DNA from: Podarcis bocagei
Taxonomy: Eukaryota
Reading direction: 5' to 3' (one strand)
DNA length: 64,000 nt
Assembly: GCA_964188305.1 (NCBI GenBank)
Contig: OZ076890.1
Numbering within the stretch: position 1 is the stretch's first letter; every line of letters starts with the position of its first letter. The notes under the pieces are model-generated. The model made no database searches and had not been told where the DNA came from. It saw nothing but the letters and a program-made list of their open reading frames with translations. Shown in pieces: positions 38,491 through 50,894 of this stretch. A program made the translations under genes and the position numbers.

Positions 38491-39061
38491 CATCTTGGCT
38501 ACCACTTGTGGACTCATTAGTCAGACTTGGTAATCATACAAGGCTTTATTCCAGATTTCACTACAGTGTCCAAATATATATCAGGTTAGTCATAGCAGAG
38601 CTCTAAGGTACATGGCTAGGCTAAGACATGGTCCAACACCTGGCATGCCCCCCAGGTTGGCCTTTGGAAGAGTGGGGCGGGCACATCCATTCATGCAGTC
38701 ATTTCCCTAAGCCTTGGGATCAGGCAAGCAAGTGGGCACTCCTACAGGTAGGCAGTCTGCTGGGTCTGCTAGCTGTGGCTGCTTCCTGGGTGATGTGGGT
38801 GGGCCTACACAACCAACTTACTGTCCATTCTACACTCAGGGCCTTTCCCAGGAGCAGGAAAAACTTCATTGACAGGTGGCAGTGGCTGAGGCAAGTCAGG
38901 TTGCTGCTCTACCATGGCAGCCAGGGGATCCACTGTCAGAGAGGTAGACCTCTCCCCTGACAACCTGCTTGCCCCTTCCTCAGCATCTAGATCACTAGGC
39001 CACAAGGCCCCTCCCCTTTCTTCCTATTCTTCCTCCTGCTTGGACCAGCCCTGCCAAGATG
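38491..39061 (-). mobile_element. Degenerate LTR-like element
   Basis: 9-bp inverted ends CATCTTGGC / GCCAAGATG; AATAAA on minus near 38545; decayed acidic and proline-rich reading frame as in 62341-62962; no canonical TG..CA and no TSD. Confidence 0.4.
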
Positions 39062-40148
39062 TCTCCATGGGGCTCAGGACAGACAAATCGATCAGACTAA
39101 AGAACCAAGCACAGAGCTGCAGTAAAAAAAAACCCTTCAGCCAGACCCTATTGGCTCCTCAACTCACCTGATCTAGTTAAGCTGATGAGCTGCCTTCTGT
39201 GGGCATTACATGGATGGGTCTGCAGCACCGCAGACGTCAGGGCAGTCGTTCTCTCAGCCTGAGAGTTGTCCCAGTGGCACAGGGGGTAAAAGTGTCCTGA
39301 GCTTTGCTGCCAGAATCCCTGGCTCAAGTGTACTGGTGCGTTAAAGCATCTCACCCTTTGTTTGCTTTTGTTCATGTGAATTCAGCTGGAGGCAGAACAT
39401 TTTTCATCCATTGTTAATAAATACCTAGTGCCCAGGGATGGGTGTATTACACATGAATTCCCCATCTGATAATGCAGAGGTCCCCCAGCACTATAAATGT
39501 TTTCCCTCCCCACCTTATATTTCTGGTTCTTACTGTACCTTTTGATTGGAAACATACATAATATTTTATCCTTTTTTTTTCTTAGTTTCTGCCAAACCTT
39601 TCCACTTTGTGGTCTCTGAGTTGAAGATTTTTGTGAATCAAATCTACCAAATGAAACACACTGATTAGTGAGCTGGTGGGTTTAAATATGACTTGGTTTG
39701 TTCCTGTTTATTTTAGCTATCTTTTTATTGTTTTAGCTATTATCTTGCTGCTGAAAAAATTTTAAATGGCACAAAAGTGATTATTGGCTTTGGTGGCTGA
39801 CATTAGCTGCAGAATTCATTGTCATAATAATCAAAGTTTTTTTTAAAAAAGAATGTTTCAAGGTCTCACTACTGTGATAATATTATATAAAACATTTAAG
39901 AAATGGCTAGCAATATTTCCAAAGAGAGGGATCTCAGTAGGATTTCCATGAATTAGGGGGTTGAGTCCTCAAGTGACAGTAACTCAAAGAATATGAATCC
40001 ATTGCTTGACTCTTCTTGAATAGACTCACCAGCACCAGAGCTCTCACCTGGAGCTCAGGAGGTATCTCTGCCTTTAGACTAAATTTTTTTTTAAAAAAAT
40101 GGCCTTGGTCTCCTCTGAGAATCAGGCCTCAGTATTTAGACTCAAGAG

Positions 40149-40284
40149 CAGAGTTTCCCAAACTTGGGTCTCCAGCTGTTTTGGAACTACAATTGCCATC
40201 ATCACTGACCACTGGTCCTGCTAGCTAGGCATGATGGAGGTTGTAGTCCAACAACAGGTAGAGGCCCAAGTTTGAGAAACCCTG
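40149..40284. mobile_element. hAT (Charlie-like) MITE
   Basis: TIRs CAGAGTTTCCCAAACTTGGG / CCCAAGTTTGAGAAACCCTG; right flank TTCTAGAC matches an NTCTAGAN-type target. Confidence 0.8.
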
Positions 40285-42160
40285 TTCTAGACTAAACTAT
40301 AAAACCTTGGCAGTTACTGCAGGCTAGTGCTGCAGCAACTTTTTCTTTCTGCCTCAACTGCAGGATTTCTGGTCATATTCTTACACTTTAGCCACTGAAC
40401 TCTGAACCAGCAGCTCTGGGGTCTGGAATTTGCAGCACCATCAAACTGGCTGTGGAACCATAGTTCTGCATCTCTATCTCCCTGTCTCTTGGGCCATCGC
40501 CTCCTCTCAGTAGCAGAGATTATGATGGATCAAGAAATAGGGCTTTGGTTGCCATGACTAGAAGAAGCAAAATAAGTTATAAGTAAGCCCAGATATGGAT
40601 GGACCTGAAGAACTGCATAATTTATTCTAGCTGTAGAATCAATTTTACTTGGGTTTTGAGTTTGGAACAGATTTGTTTGGTTTTTTAAAACTCAAAAGAT
40701 TTGTGGGAAACACTTCATTTAAACACTTTATACTGGGGAGGGTGGATGATGGAAACCTTTTAATTCATGCTACAATGGATACCTGCCCTTTGGAAGGTCT
40801 GTAAAACATTTTAATGTGGTTCTACTTTGTATCAGTGTATCTGGTTCAAATTTAACAATGGTGGATCAAATTTCAGATATTTCAATTCCCCCCTCAAACT
40901 TTTATGGAGGACAGCACCCACTTAAAAAGAAAAAAGAAAAATAGGCCTTCAGTATTTATTGTGGATGCCTTTTATTTGATGGATCTGCAGGTCTAAGGGA
41001 GCTGCGTCCTAGGGAACAAAGAATGGGACTGGCAAAAGGAAACTGAACTACCTGCTGTCATCGACATGTGTCTATTCTGGTTGGCAAACTTTTTAGTATG
41101 TTTTTTCACTGGAACAGATGACACCCATTGCAAGATGTATGGTATCCTATTAAGGACAAAATGATAACCAGTATGAAAATAGGAACTGCAGTTATTTCAG
41201 ACTTGTATATTTGAAATGTTGCACCTGTATTGATAGCAGTTCTCCAACAATAAGGAACTGTAACTTTTTAAAGGAAGTGAGTGAAGAGCAGGAGGGAAAT
41301 GTATGTGTCATCCCAGTTGTGTAAATGGCTGCACTGCAGGGCACTGAAGGGTTAATGCAGGAGAGGGCTGGAGTACCCCCTGACCAGAATCCTGCCACCC
41401 TTTAAATGATTCACATTTCGATAAGAAGAGAAAGTTGTAACTCTTTGAGCTGGGCAATAGCAGGTATAGTATGATTAGCTGCCAAGTTTTCATAAGGACG
41501 TGGATAGGATTTTTAATATATTCATGCATTTGATCATTTAAAATGTGCATATGCCCTTGTACAGATTCTATTTTTTGATGTTGATTGGTTCTGGCAAAAA
41601 AAAATGGTTGACAAGGCTCAGATTGATAAATTTGTCACCTCCCAATATTCCCTCATCTGTGGCAGCTATTGAGACTATAGATCCATTGTGTGCCTGCACA
41701 AATTCTGGCTCTCGTTTACTTTTAGCTTGGTACTGGCAGGTTAATACAAACACTTTGGTGAGTGGAATTGATTAGATTGGCAAATGCAAAGGCACATTCA
41801 AATACCATGTTGCACACACTGCAAAATTCAATTTGCTTTATATTCTGTCCAAAGTTCAACCAAAGTTTTATATGGAGGGACATGAAGAGGAGACAAATAT
41901 ACAGTTATACTGCTTAGGTGGCCTCTTCAGATGTGATTAGCAGCCTTGTCACTATGAAGAGGAGTGGGGATGTGCTGTGTAGCTCTGTTACTGACTTCAC
42001 CCACTTCTCACTGTCCTCCTTCGGATGGCATCTGGAGGCAGGGGGCCTTTGCATATACATTTATCCTCATGAAGACTTCCAAAGTATCTGGAACACTAAA
42101 CAGTCAGGAGCTCCAGATTCTATGGAAGTCTTTATGTATTCTACTGTACGATTGAATACA

Positions 42161-42520
42161 GGAACTCAGGATAGCTCAGTCGACAGAGCATGAGAGCCAG
42201 TGTAGTGTAGTGGTTAAGAGCGGTAGACTCATAATTTGGGGAACCGGGTTCGCGTCTCTGCTCCTCCACCTGCAGCTGCTGGGTGACCTTGGGCTAGTCA
42301 CACTTCTCTGAAGTCTCTCAGCCCCACTCACCTCACAGAGTGTTTGTTGTGGGGGAGGAAGGGAAAGGAGAATGTTAGCCACTTTGAGACTCCTTAAAGG
42401 GAGTGAAAGGCAGGATATCAAATCCAAACTCCTCCTCTTCTTCTTCTTCTTCTTCTTCATCATCATCATCATCATCATCATCTCAAGGTCTGTAGGTTCG
42501 AGGCCCATTGCAGGAGGTTG
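42161..42520 (+). mobile_element. tRNA-Lys-derived SINE split by a younger SINE insertion
   Basis: GGATAGCTCAGTCGACAGAGCATGAGA (to 42195) and TCTCAAGGTCTGTAGGTTCGAGGCCCA (from 42481) join into a tRNA-Lys(CTT)-like sequence lacking the anticodon loop. Confidence 0.75.
42192..42480 (+). mobile_element. Squam3-like SINE, full length, with (CTT)n(CAT)n tail
   Basis: GAGAGCCAGTGTAGTGTAGTGGTTAAGAGCGG...CCGGGTTCG...GGGTGACCTTGGGCTAGTCAC...GGATATCAAATCCAAACTC then simple-repeat tail. Confidence 0.85.
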
Positions 42521-44329
42521 CAGACACCTGCAGTATACATGTGGGTATTGGAGGAAGGGTTGAGTGGCTCAATCATCCAACCAGTTGGGGATGGATGATT
42601 GCATGTTGCTCCCATGCATAGGTAATCATGCTTGATGGGAACTATGGGCATCTAGAAGTCTTGTGCTGAATATAAAAGAAAACACAAAATAAGTTATCAA
42701 GGTTTGGAATAATATGAGAATCATAAGTCGTTCCTTCAGAATGCCAAAAAAACCACCCCAACCTGCATTCAAAAAGCAGAGATTAATTTATCTTGCCCTG
42801 CTGGTTTTTTAAGAAGCCATCAAATGTGAAGTGAAAGTTTAGATATATACGTGTGTGTGTGTATAGCGCTGGATTGAGTGAAAACTGATCACTGCTCTCA
42901 TTGCTTGTTTTCACTGGTGCTACTTGGAACCCTCCAGGCAGCGGTAAAACTGGCAGAAATTAGGTCAGTTTTAAGTACGCTGTTGCTTGGGAAAGCAGCT
43001 GCACAGAGAGAGCACTGGAGTTCTTCGTTGTGCAGAAGCACCCACAGGGAAAAGCATGGGGGTGGGGACACTAGGATCCCCAACATCGCAGCAGCTACAA
43101 GGGTGGGGTAGGCAGACGAACAAAGGAAGCAAGTGCCCTACAGAGCTTGCCATGAGCCAGGAGGCTGGGCCTTGTAGCTGAAGGGAGGTCTCTGGACTTG
43201 ATAACCCCACACAAACATATGAGTGTTCTTTCTTTCTGCAGGGGGAGGGGGGAAAGGGAGGCTGTGGCTGGCTTATCAGTGGACATTCTTCTGAAAGGTA
43301 TCACAGGCCTCGTAGATGGGGAAGGAGTGGAGAGAAAGAAACTCTAGCTGTTAGACTGGGGGAATACAAAAAACACCTTGCAGAAGAGAATCGGTAGCTA
43401 TTCAAAAGCGCCAGAGGCTTGGGGAGTCATGCACAGCGGCGTGCAGATGGATGTAAGCAGATGGATGTGCCGTTGATATGTTGGTTGCAGTAGCCATAGT
43501 GAGGGAAGCAGATGGATTTGCTTTCTTATTCAGTGCAGTTAGTGTGAGAACAGGCACTATATACCTCTTCCAGAGGTGCGCTTGGAGAGGATGGGAGGAT
43601 GGGAGGTGAAGGTCAGGAAATGGCCAGCACCCTCGTAATTTGGTGTTCTCTGGCATCCCTAATTAGCAAACGGCTGAGGCAACTGTGCCAACATGTGCAC
43701 CCAGAAAGAAGCCAAACCAGCCATCTTCAACTGGCAGCATTCAGTTAATTATGTGGCGGTTTTGTTTGGGTTTATTTATTAACAGCTTCTTGTCTTTGGC
43801 CTATGTCTGGGTTTACGATGTGGTGGCTCTAAGTGAGTTTTTCTGCCCAGCCCGTCCCACCAGCTGCCAGCCTGAAATGAGGTTACATCCGAGTCGCTGC
43901 CCCCCAAAAGGATGACAAGTCGAGTGGTGTGTGTAACAGAATGGTACAATGCTAGCCCTCCATTGATCCTGCCAGCGTGGGTCTGGATTTGGGCCAGAGC
44001 TGCATGCGAAGAAACAAGCACTGCCATTGTCTGTTTACTGGCTGAGAGAAAAGAAGAAGAGAAAGCAACCTGTAAAAAAAAATGGGTCCTGCTGCCAGTG
44101 GGAGTCCTACCAGCTGACATTTGCCTATTGGTATTTGCTGTGGGCTTTTAGGAAGACACATTTGGTGGGAAGTCATGGAGAAAGCCAGCTTCAAGAAGCT
44201 AGTGCAGGAAGAATAGCCCTCTGGGAGGCTTGCGCAACCTTAACAGTGTACATGGGGCTATGTCAAGGCACCCCTCATCTCAAAAGCTCTTTGCATGTAG
44301 AAGGCTAACACCATATTTTTACACACACA

Positions 44330-44510
44330 CACCCATTTTAAGTGTTTCCAGTGTTGTCTTTAATAGAGTTACTCATTTAACTTCTTTAAAGAAATGTTTA
44401 TATTGTTTCTGTGTGTTTTAGCTGTATTGGTTTTAATTCATGCTGTGAGCCACCTTGGCTCCTTGGACTGGGAGAAAAGAGGGATATAAATAAAATGAAC
44501 AAATCAATAA
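44330..44510 (+). mobile_element. L2-type 3' tail
   Basis: TGTGAGCCACCTTG...GAAAAGAGGGATATAAATAAAAT, similar to the tail at 29225-29282. Confidence 0.55.
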
Positions 44511-45516
44511 CAGGTTAATGAATATCAGGGAGAAGACTGAACTTATACGTCTTCCAGCATGCCAACTTTTCCATGTGCAGGCCATTCCTCCTTTGAGTTC
44601 TGAGCTGATAAAATAGGCTATTACCTCAGGTGAATTATGAGGTGATAAAGCAGGCCATTCCCTCAGGTGAAGTGAAGTAACTCCTGAAGAGTGGACTTTG
44701 GGGGGGGGGAATCAGTTGGCTGATAAATTAGGGAAACCATTTTAATATATAAAAATAATAATTCATTCGATAGTTCAATTAAACATTGAAATACTAATAA
44801 GGGAATGGTGTCTGGGAAGAATGGGAAACAATCTCCTAGCTTAATGGATCTCTTTACCATGCACAAAACAGGTTTGTTTTTTCCACTGAGTGAGTAGCCA
44901 CTAATGTTCCAAGATACTTTTGGAGTCCAAGGTCAGCACTGCCTCATGATGACTCAGTTGAAAAAGGCTAAGGTACGGTAATGGAAATCAGTTCCTTCAA
45001 GTTTGTTCATAGCACTTTTAATTTGGCAAACATATTTGGGTTTTGCATACAAAGGCTACACAATCTAAGCCATAGCTGGTTACGTATAATTATTGGCACA
45101 GGCTGTGGGAGCTATTTCATTTCTTGAGTGTTATAAAGAAGGTAAAAGATAAAGGTCACTCCATCTGGGAAATTACTAGAGTGAATTAAAGGACATAAAG
45201 TTTGCTGGGAACGAGAAGAACATTCAAGAGTGTTTTAGAAAGGTGTTACATGTTCCTATGTTCTATATTCTGCCCAGAAGGACTAATAGAGTGTGTACAT
45301 ACTTCATACTGGCATGTCAACATAATAAAATTAAAAGGAAATGGTTTGTTTGTTTTTTAAGCCAAGATGTTTAGTGAGGTTTCTTTTCCTTTTTTACTGA
45401 CAGGTTTCAGAAACAGGAGTATTTTTATCTGGACCAGTAGTTTTTATGGCTCAATTATTGAGATGACGAGTGTTAGGCGTGGCTGAGAAATTAGACTGAA
45501 GATTATCTGTAATATA

Positions 45517-45685
45517 CCGTATTTTTCGCTCTATAACACGCACCCGACCATAACACGCACATAGTTTTTAGAGGAGGAAAATCCGTAGGCATGCCACCCG
45601 TAGGCATTCCCTCCATAACACGCACAGACATTTCCCCTTACTTTCTAGGAGGAAAAAAGTGAGTGTTATGGTGCAAAAAATACGG
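45517..45685. mobile_element. Tc2/pogo-like MITE, short form
   Basis: TIRs CCGTATTTTTCGC / GCAAAAAATACGG with TA TSD; internal ATAACACGCAC repeats. Confidence 0.88.
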
Positions 45686-46851
45686 TACTTCATGCATGTA
45701 TACTGTATATCAAAACTTTCAAATCTGTGGTAAACACAGAAAAGAAAATTATCTCTATGTTCCTGGCCATATGTCTCTCTATAATGTGCATATTTATATG
45801 CAACAAGGTTTTGTCTCCTGATCTGGTTGGCTTGAGATTCACCTAATTTATTACACAGTTCAGAAAACAGTTTGAAAAACACTTGTCCCAAGAGATGTTA
45901 TTAGCCTCTGCAGATAAATAAGTCTCTGCAGGTTGAGAAATGGGCCTCCCAAATGGTTGTTCAAATCAGCCCTCTATACACATCCATTCAAATGAACTCT
46001 TGACATTTTATAATTTGTAAATAATTCAAAATCATTCATAGTTCAATGCTTTTTAACATAAACCAAAATCAAATGAAAGTAATTTTCTTAAGATTGCCAA
46101 AATATCCCATAATTGCAAGTCGGTCTGTAGCTAAATGGATACTAATGAGCTGTAGCTGTGGCAGTAACAAATATAGACAGAAAATCCATACAGATAATTA
46201 AGAAATTATCCATGTGGGAAAAAGCTCGACTATCTGCCATCTCCACTGTGAAAGCCAAAACATGTTACTGCTGTTTCCTCCTCATAGCTCTATCCTTTGC
46301 CCCGGTGCCAACTACTTAACGGCAACATGGAACTTGGACTTGCTTTGAAAACGGTGCTCTCTTATGGTACATAGTGCAGTATTTGAAAAACTAGTGTGAA
46401 ATGCTGATCCAGGGACAAGGTGTATTGGCTATCAACTAATTTTGTCAAGTATTTTTAGCACCTCTGCCAGTTTTATCCAATGTGGTGTTAGATTAAAACT
46501 CCCATCAGCCTTGGTTATTGGTCATGCTTGTTTGGGCTCATAAGTGTTGTAGTCCAAAACATTTGGAATGCACCAGATTGGTGTTACCTTGGTGTTTCCC
46601 CTATAACTACCACTTTTGCTTGATTATTTACAACCCAGCAGTCTTAATACACAAAGCTGCATAGATAACGTACAAGGAATGGGAGACATGGGGAAATTGG
46701 AGGGATTACACAGTGCTGGTTGCGCTGCCTCTGAATGATCAGGTGCCCATAGTCACAGTAGCATTCCATTACCTCCTGGAAGTTGTCACTGAACTGCAGA
46801 ACTCATATTGTGAAATTAAAATATGCTGGGTTTCCAACCTTTGTGCCAGTA

Positions 46852-47060
46852 CAGTGGTACTTCGGGTTAAGAATTTAATTCGTTCTGGAGGCCTGTTCTT
46901 AACCTGAAGCACCACTTTAGCTAATGGGGCTTCCCACTGCTACCGCGCCACCACTGCATGATTTCTGTTCTCATCCTGAGGTAAAGTTCTTAACCCAAGG
47001 TACTATTTCTGGGTTAGCGGAGTCTGTAACCTGAAGTGTCTGTAACCCGAGGTACCACTG
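46852..47060. mobile_element. Tc1/mariner-pogo (Tigger-like) MITE
   Basis: CAGTGGTACTTCGGGTT ... AACCCGAGGTACCACTG with TA TSD. Confidence 0.92.
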
Positions 47061-47179
47061 TAACTGACTCAGTTGCTTCAACTGCTAATCCTGCATAGTT
47101 TGGGTCACTGTAGTTATTCAGCAAGAACTGGGAATGACTAATCTTTTAGCTTAAAGTCTAAGAAAAAAACCCACATTAT

Positions 47180-47266
47180 GACTACACTAATCTATTGCTC
47201 TTTTAGGTACCTCAAGACCCTTGTTGTTTTTGCTGCAATGTGTTAACATGGCTAACACTGTGGAAT
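47180..47266 (+). mobile_element. Possible Penelope-like terminal fragment
   Basis: CTTTTAGGTACCTCAAGAC...TTGTTTTTGCTGCAA...TAACATGGCTA resembles reptile Penelope-like ends as I recall them. Confidence 0.4.
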
Positions 47267-48698
47267 CACGGCTAAAATGTGTGGTCTGAAAGAATCTGTC
47301 TCTTTCTAGTTCATTTCCTTTTTGCCTGTGTTCACTCATAAATATGCATTTTTAAAATGTATGTTGATGCATTTTTGAGCCAAGAACTAAATCAGGAGAT
47401 TCAGGAAGTGCAAAAGTCAGAAAAATAAGCAAACTGTGACCCCCAGATTAGTCCAGGACATGCAAATCAGGTCAGATCATATTGGAATTTCAAATTCTGC
47501 AAGCATGGAGTCCTTCTCTTCCCTTGCCCCTCTCCCCGCATTAGGGGAGATGAGGGGGGCTTAAGCATCCCTCTCCTATTTTCTTTGAAAATTGCCCCTT
47601 CACAAAGCTTTTATTTACAGCATGGAGCCGCCTCTGGGATTTAAATACACATGTTTCTATGTGTGAAACAGGAAGCTCTGACAGAGCTGCTGGCTCAGCT
47701 GTAATAGTTGCAATGTGGCCAATGAAATACACTGGAGTTTGGCTTACTTTCATACCTATTTGTGTTGCATTCAGTACATTTCCCTTTAAGACAGTGTTCT
47801 GATAGTGGCAACCTGGGCAAATGCACTCATCAAACTGGGATGAGCTCTGTCATCCCAGGATTTTGTCTGTACTTTGTCCTTCCTAATTTTTAGTCACCAG
47901 GAAATCATCCTCACATTGTAAATCTGGGGCTGGCTTGTTGACACATTGAAAGATTCTGTGTCTTGAGGCTCCAGTCACCATGTTGGCTAAATGGATTACC
48001 CTCCATCATCACAGGGATGCATTATTCATTAGAGGGAGAAGTCCTCAAAACTGCTTTATGATTAATGGGCTGTAATAGAAAGAGTTCCTCCAGATGTCAC
48101 AGAGACTTCGCAAATCTGTCTTAATCTCTGCAACACACAGGCACATACACACACTTTTCCCCGCTGTCTCCATAAGCAAACCACCTAAGGGTTGAGTACA
48201 TTTGACCTAATTCTCCTTTTGCCTATGCTATGTCTATATCAACCCCTTTCCATTGGCATCACTGGCCAGGAGCCTGATCTAGGATGACCTAAATGTCTCG
48301 AGAATTAAGTTCTCAGGCGTGGAGATATCAACAAATTCTAGAGACATCAACACAGAGTGGCACATTGAATAAAAACAGAATGAAAGAATAACCAAGATGA
48401 AAATGGAACGTATTTCTTCCAAACTCTCTAAGGAATTACCAATTTAGTTATAGGTTTGGTATTCTCACTGACTTTTCACAGGCTGGCTTTTCAACATTAT
48501 GAGCTGCTGGTAGTAGATTCTTTCTAACAATGCCCAAGATAGGCTTGGTGGTAGCTTCATTTGTTTTGAAATGTGTCAGGCTTTTTTAAAATAAAAGTTA
48601 TTTAAGCCTATTGTTTGTATTTTAAGATGTATAAGTGAAATATAAACAATGTGTTCTCCCTGATCGCTGCAGCACTCAAAAGAAGGGCATATGATATA

Positions 48699-49184
48699 CC
48701 GTACTTTTCGCCCCATAGGACGCACCAGCCCATAAGGCGCACCTAGTTTTTTTTGGGGGGGGGGAAATAAAGGGGAAAAAATTTATTTCCCCCCCCAGGC
48801 GCGGGGCTAAGGCGGGGGAAGCCCAAGCTTCCCCCAACCCCAGCCCCCAGAACAGGCAGCTCTCTGCAAGCCGTGGGAGCCCAGCGCCGGGCTCCCACGG
48901 CTTGTGGAGAGCTGCGAGAAGCTCGAAGCCTGGGCGCGCTGAGCTCAGCGTGCCCAGGCTTTGGCATGCAGGCAACTCTCTGCAAGCTGTGGGAGCCCAG
49001 CGCCAGGCTCCCACCGCTTGCGGAGAGCTGCGGGAAGCCTGGAGAGCGAGAGGGGTCGGTGCGCACTGACCCCTCTCACTCTCCAGGCTTCAGCGAAAGC
49101 CTGCATTCGCCCCATAGGACGCACACACATTTCCCCTTCATTTTTGGAGGGGAAAAAGAGTGTCCTAAAGGGTGAAAAATATGG
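48699..49184. mobile_element. Tc2/pogo-like non-autonomous element, long GC-rich form
   Basis: TIRs CCGTACTTTTCGCCC / GGGTGAAAAATATGG with TA TSD; subterminal CATAGGACGCAC repeats; right end parallels 45517-45685. Confidence 0.88.
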
Positions 49185-49371
49185 TATGTGTTGTACTGAC
49201 TTAAATACTGGATGGGATTTACCTAACAGACACTGTCAACAGAAGGCCAGTGTAACTGAGCTTTCTCTCCTCTCTTCTGCCTGTACCCCCCCCAAAAAAA
49301 AATGGCTATTGGGGTCAGAAAAATGGCCAGAACAGTGGGTGTGGGTCTGGGGAGATCATTCCATCTGGCAT

Positions 49372-49686
49372 CAGGGCCGTCTTTACCTGGGGGTGCAAGT
49401 GGTGTGGGGCACCTGGGCGCCACACTCTGGGGCGTACCAAATGCACACTGGTCCCTCTCGATTGGCGGCAGTGAAAAGCAGTGGGCTGAAGTCCCCGCCC
49501 CCGTCACTCTGTTACTCCGTAGTGTCAAACAAAGGCAGTTTTTTTCGCTGCATCGTTGTTACAGGTTGAGTTTGCCCCCCTAAAAAAGTCAACAACTTCA
49601 GCTTCCCCCCTCCCCAAAAAAGCCCCCCCAAGGGGCACTGGGCAGATATTTGCACCCCGGTGGTGCATATGCTAAAGATGGCCCTG
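49372..49686. mobile_element. hAT non-autonomous element
   Basis: TIRs CAGGGCCGTCTTTA / TAAAGATGGCCCTG; 8-bp TSD TCTGGCAT / TCTGGCAA. Confidence 0.88.
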
Positions 49687-50894
49687 TCTGGCAAGCTGAT
49701 ATGCTTGCACAGATGGAATATTTGGCATTGCCTTCCACCCCAAGTTCAGCTACAAATCGCACTTTGTAGCTTGGTAAGATCACATTCTCAGCCTTGACTG
49801 TTTCATGGGATAGTTATGAGGCTGCAGTGCTATTCTTCTGTGCTGCTTTGAAGACGGATGTAATACAAATACATATATAACAGGAATGGGGAATGACTTT
49901 GAGTCTGAAGGCTACTTTCCTTTATGGGCAACCTTTCAGGAGCCACAAGCTGCTGCTGGATGGGGCCAGAGGCAGACGTGGGGAGATCAAACAATGTAAA
50001 TTTTGCCTTTGTACATGCACCCCTCTCTGTCTTCCATCCAGAAAAGGAAGAGGCATGATCACAGTTCGCGGTCACATTTTAGCGTGTGAAACAGGGCCAG
50101 TAGGAGGTATGGCTGGGGAGGGAGTTTGTTCTGGAAAGACGGCTGGGTAGAGAGGCTTTGAGAGTCACATTTGGGCTGGAGATTCCCCACCTCTAATGTA
50201 TAACACGAAACAGACCAAAGCCTACAAAATTACAGTCTTTGAACCTTCGGTCTTGCATACTACACAGCTTAGAATTACATTTGATGACAATAATAATAAA
50301 ATGGTAACATGCACCTTGGTGCTGCCGTCCTCTGCATATGTGTGATAAGTGCATAAGTGGGACTTATCTCTGAGTAAACATCCATAGGTTCAGTCTTTAC
50401 AGTGCTAAATAAACATTAATTGGTTTCTCCACAGGACTCCTCCGTTGCAAGTGAAATGGTGTTAATATAACCATGCCATTTAGAAGATAGCCTGGTTTTT
50501 AAAAATCCACTTTAGCCACATAGAAATCTATAATGTCTGGCCTTCGGAGAGGAGGTATTCCATTTAGACAGAAAGCTAGTCATTTCTAGCCTGAAACTTA
50601 AGAGTGCTTTCTTCCTTGCGGTTCCATTTCCCAAGAAGTATAGTAAACAAAGTCTCCGTTGAAGTGTGACACCCTCCCAGTTTCTACTCTTGCCATTTCC
50701 CTCTCATTTCATGCTGCCTTCATGACAGAAACCTCGTATTGTTTCAGATTTAGCTTATTTATGTTCCCTTTTACTCAGCCATGTGCTAGATAAGTTGCCA
50801 GCTTCTTCTGAAACCACAAGAAGGATTCAAAGCAGCTGTGTGTTTTCTTTGGAAAAGGGGATGGGGATGAGAGAGGATTGAGGGGAAGAGAAGC

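Noticed and set aside
42169-42507. Apparent intron-containing tRNA-Lys
   Set aside because: The 'intron' is a full SINE with its own promoter and tail, the anticodon is lost and the acceptor stem is absent.
48676-49583. Cluster of long ORFs including the 202-aa ORF 48961..49569
   Set aside because: They lie in GC-rich palindromic transposon interiors and cross element boundaries; no recognisable protein.
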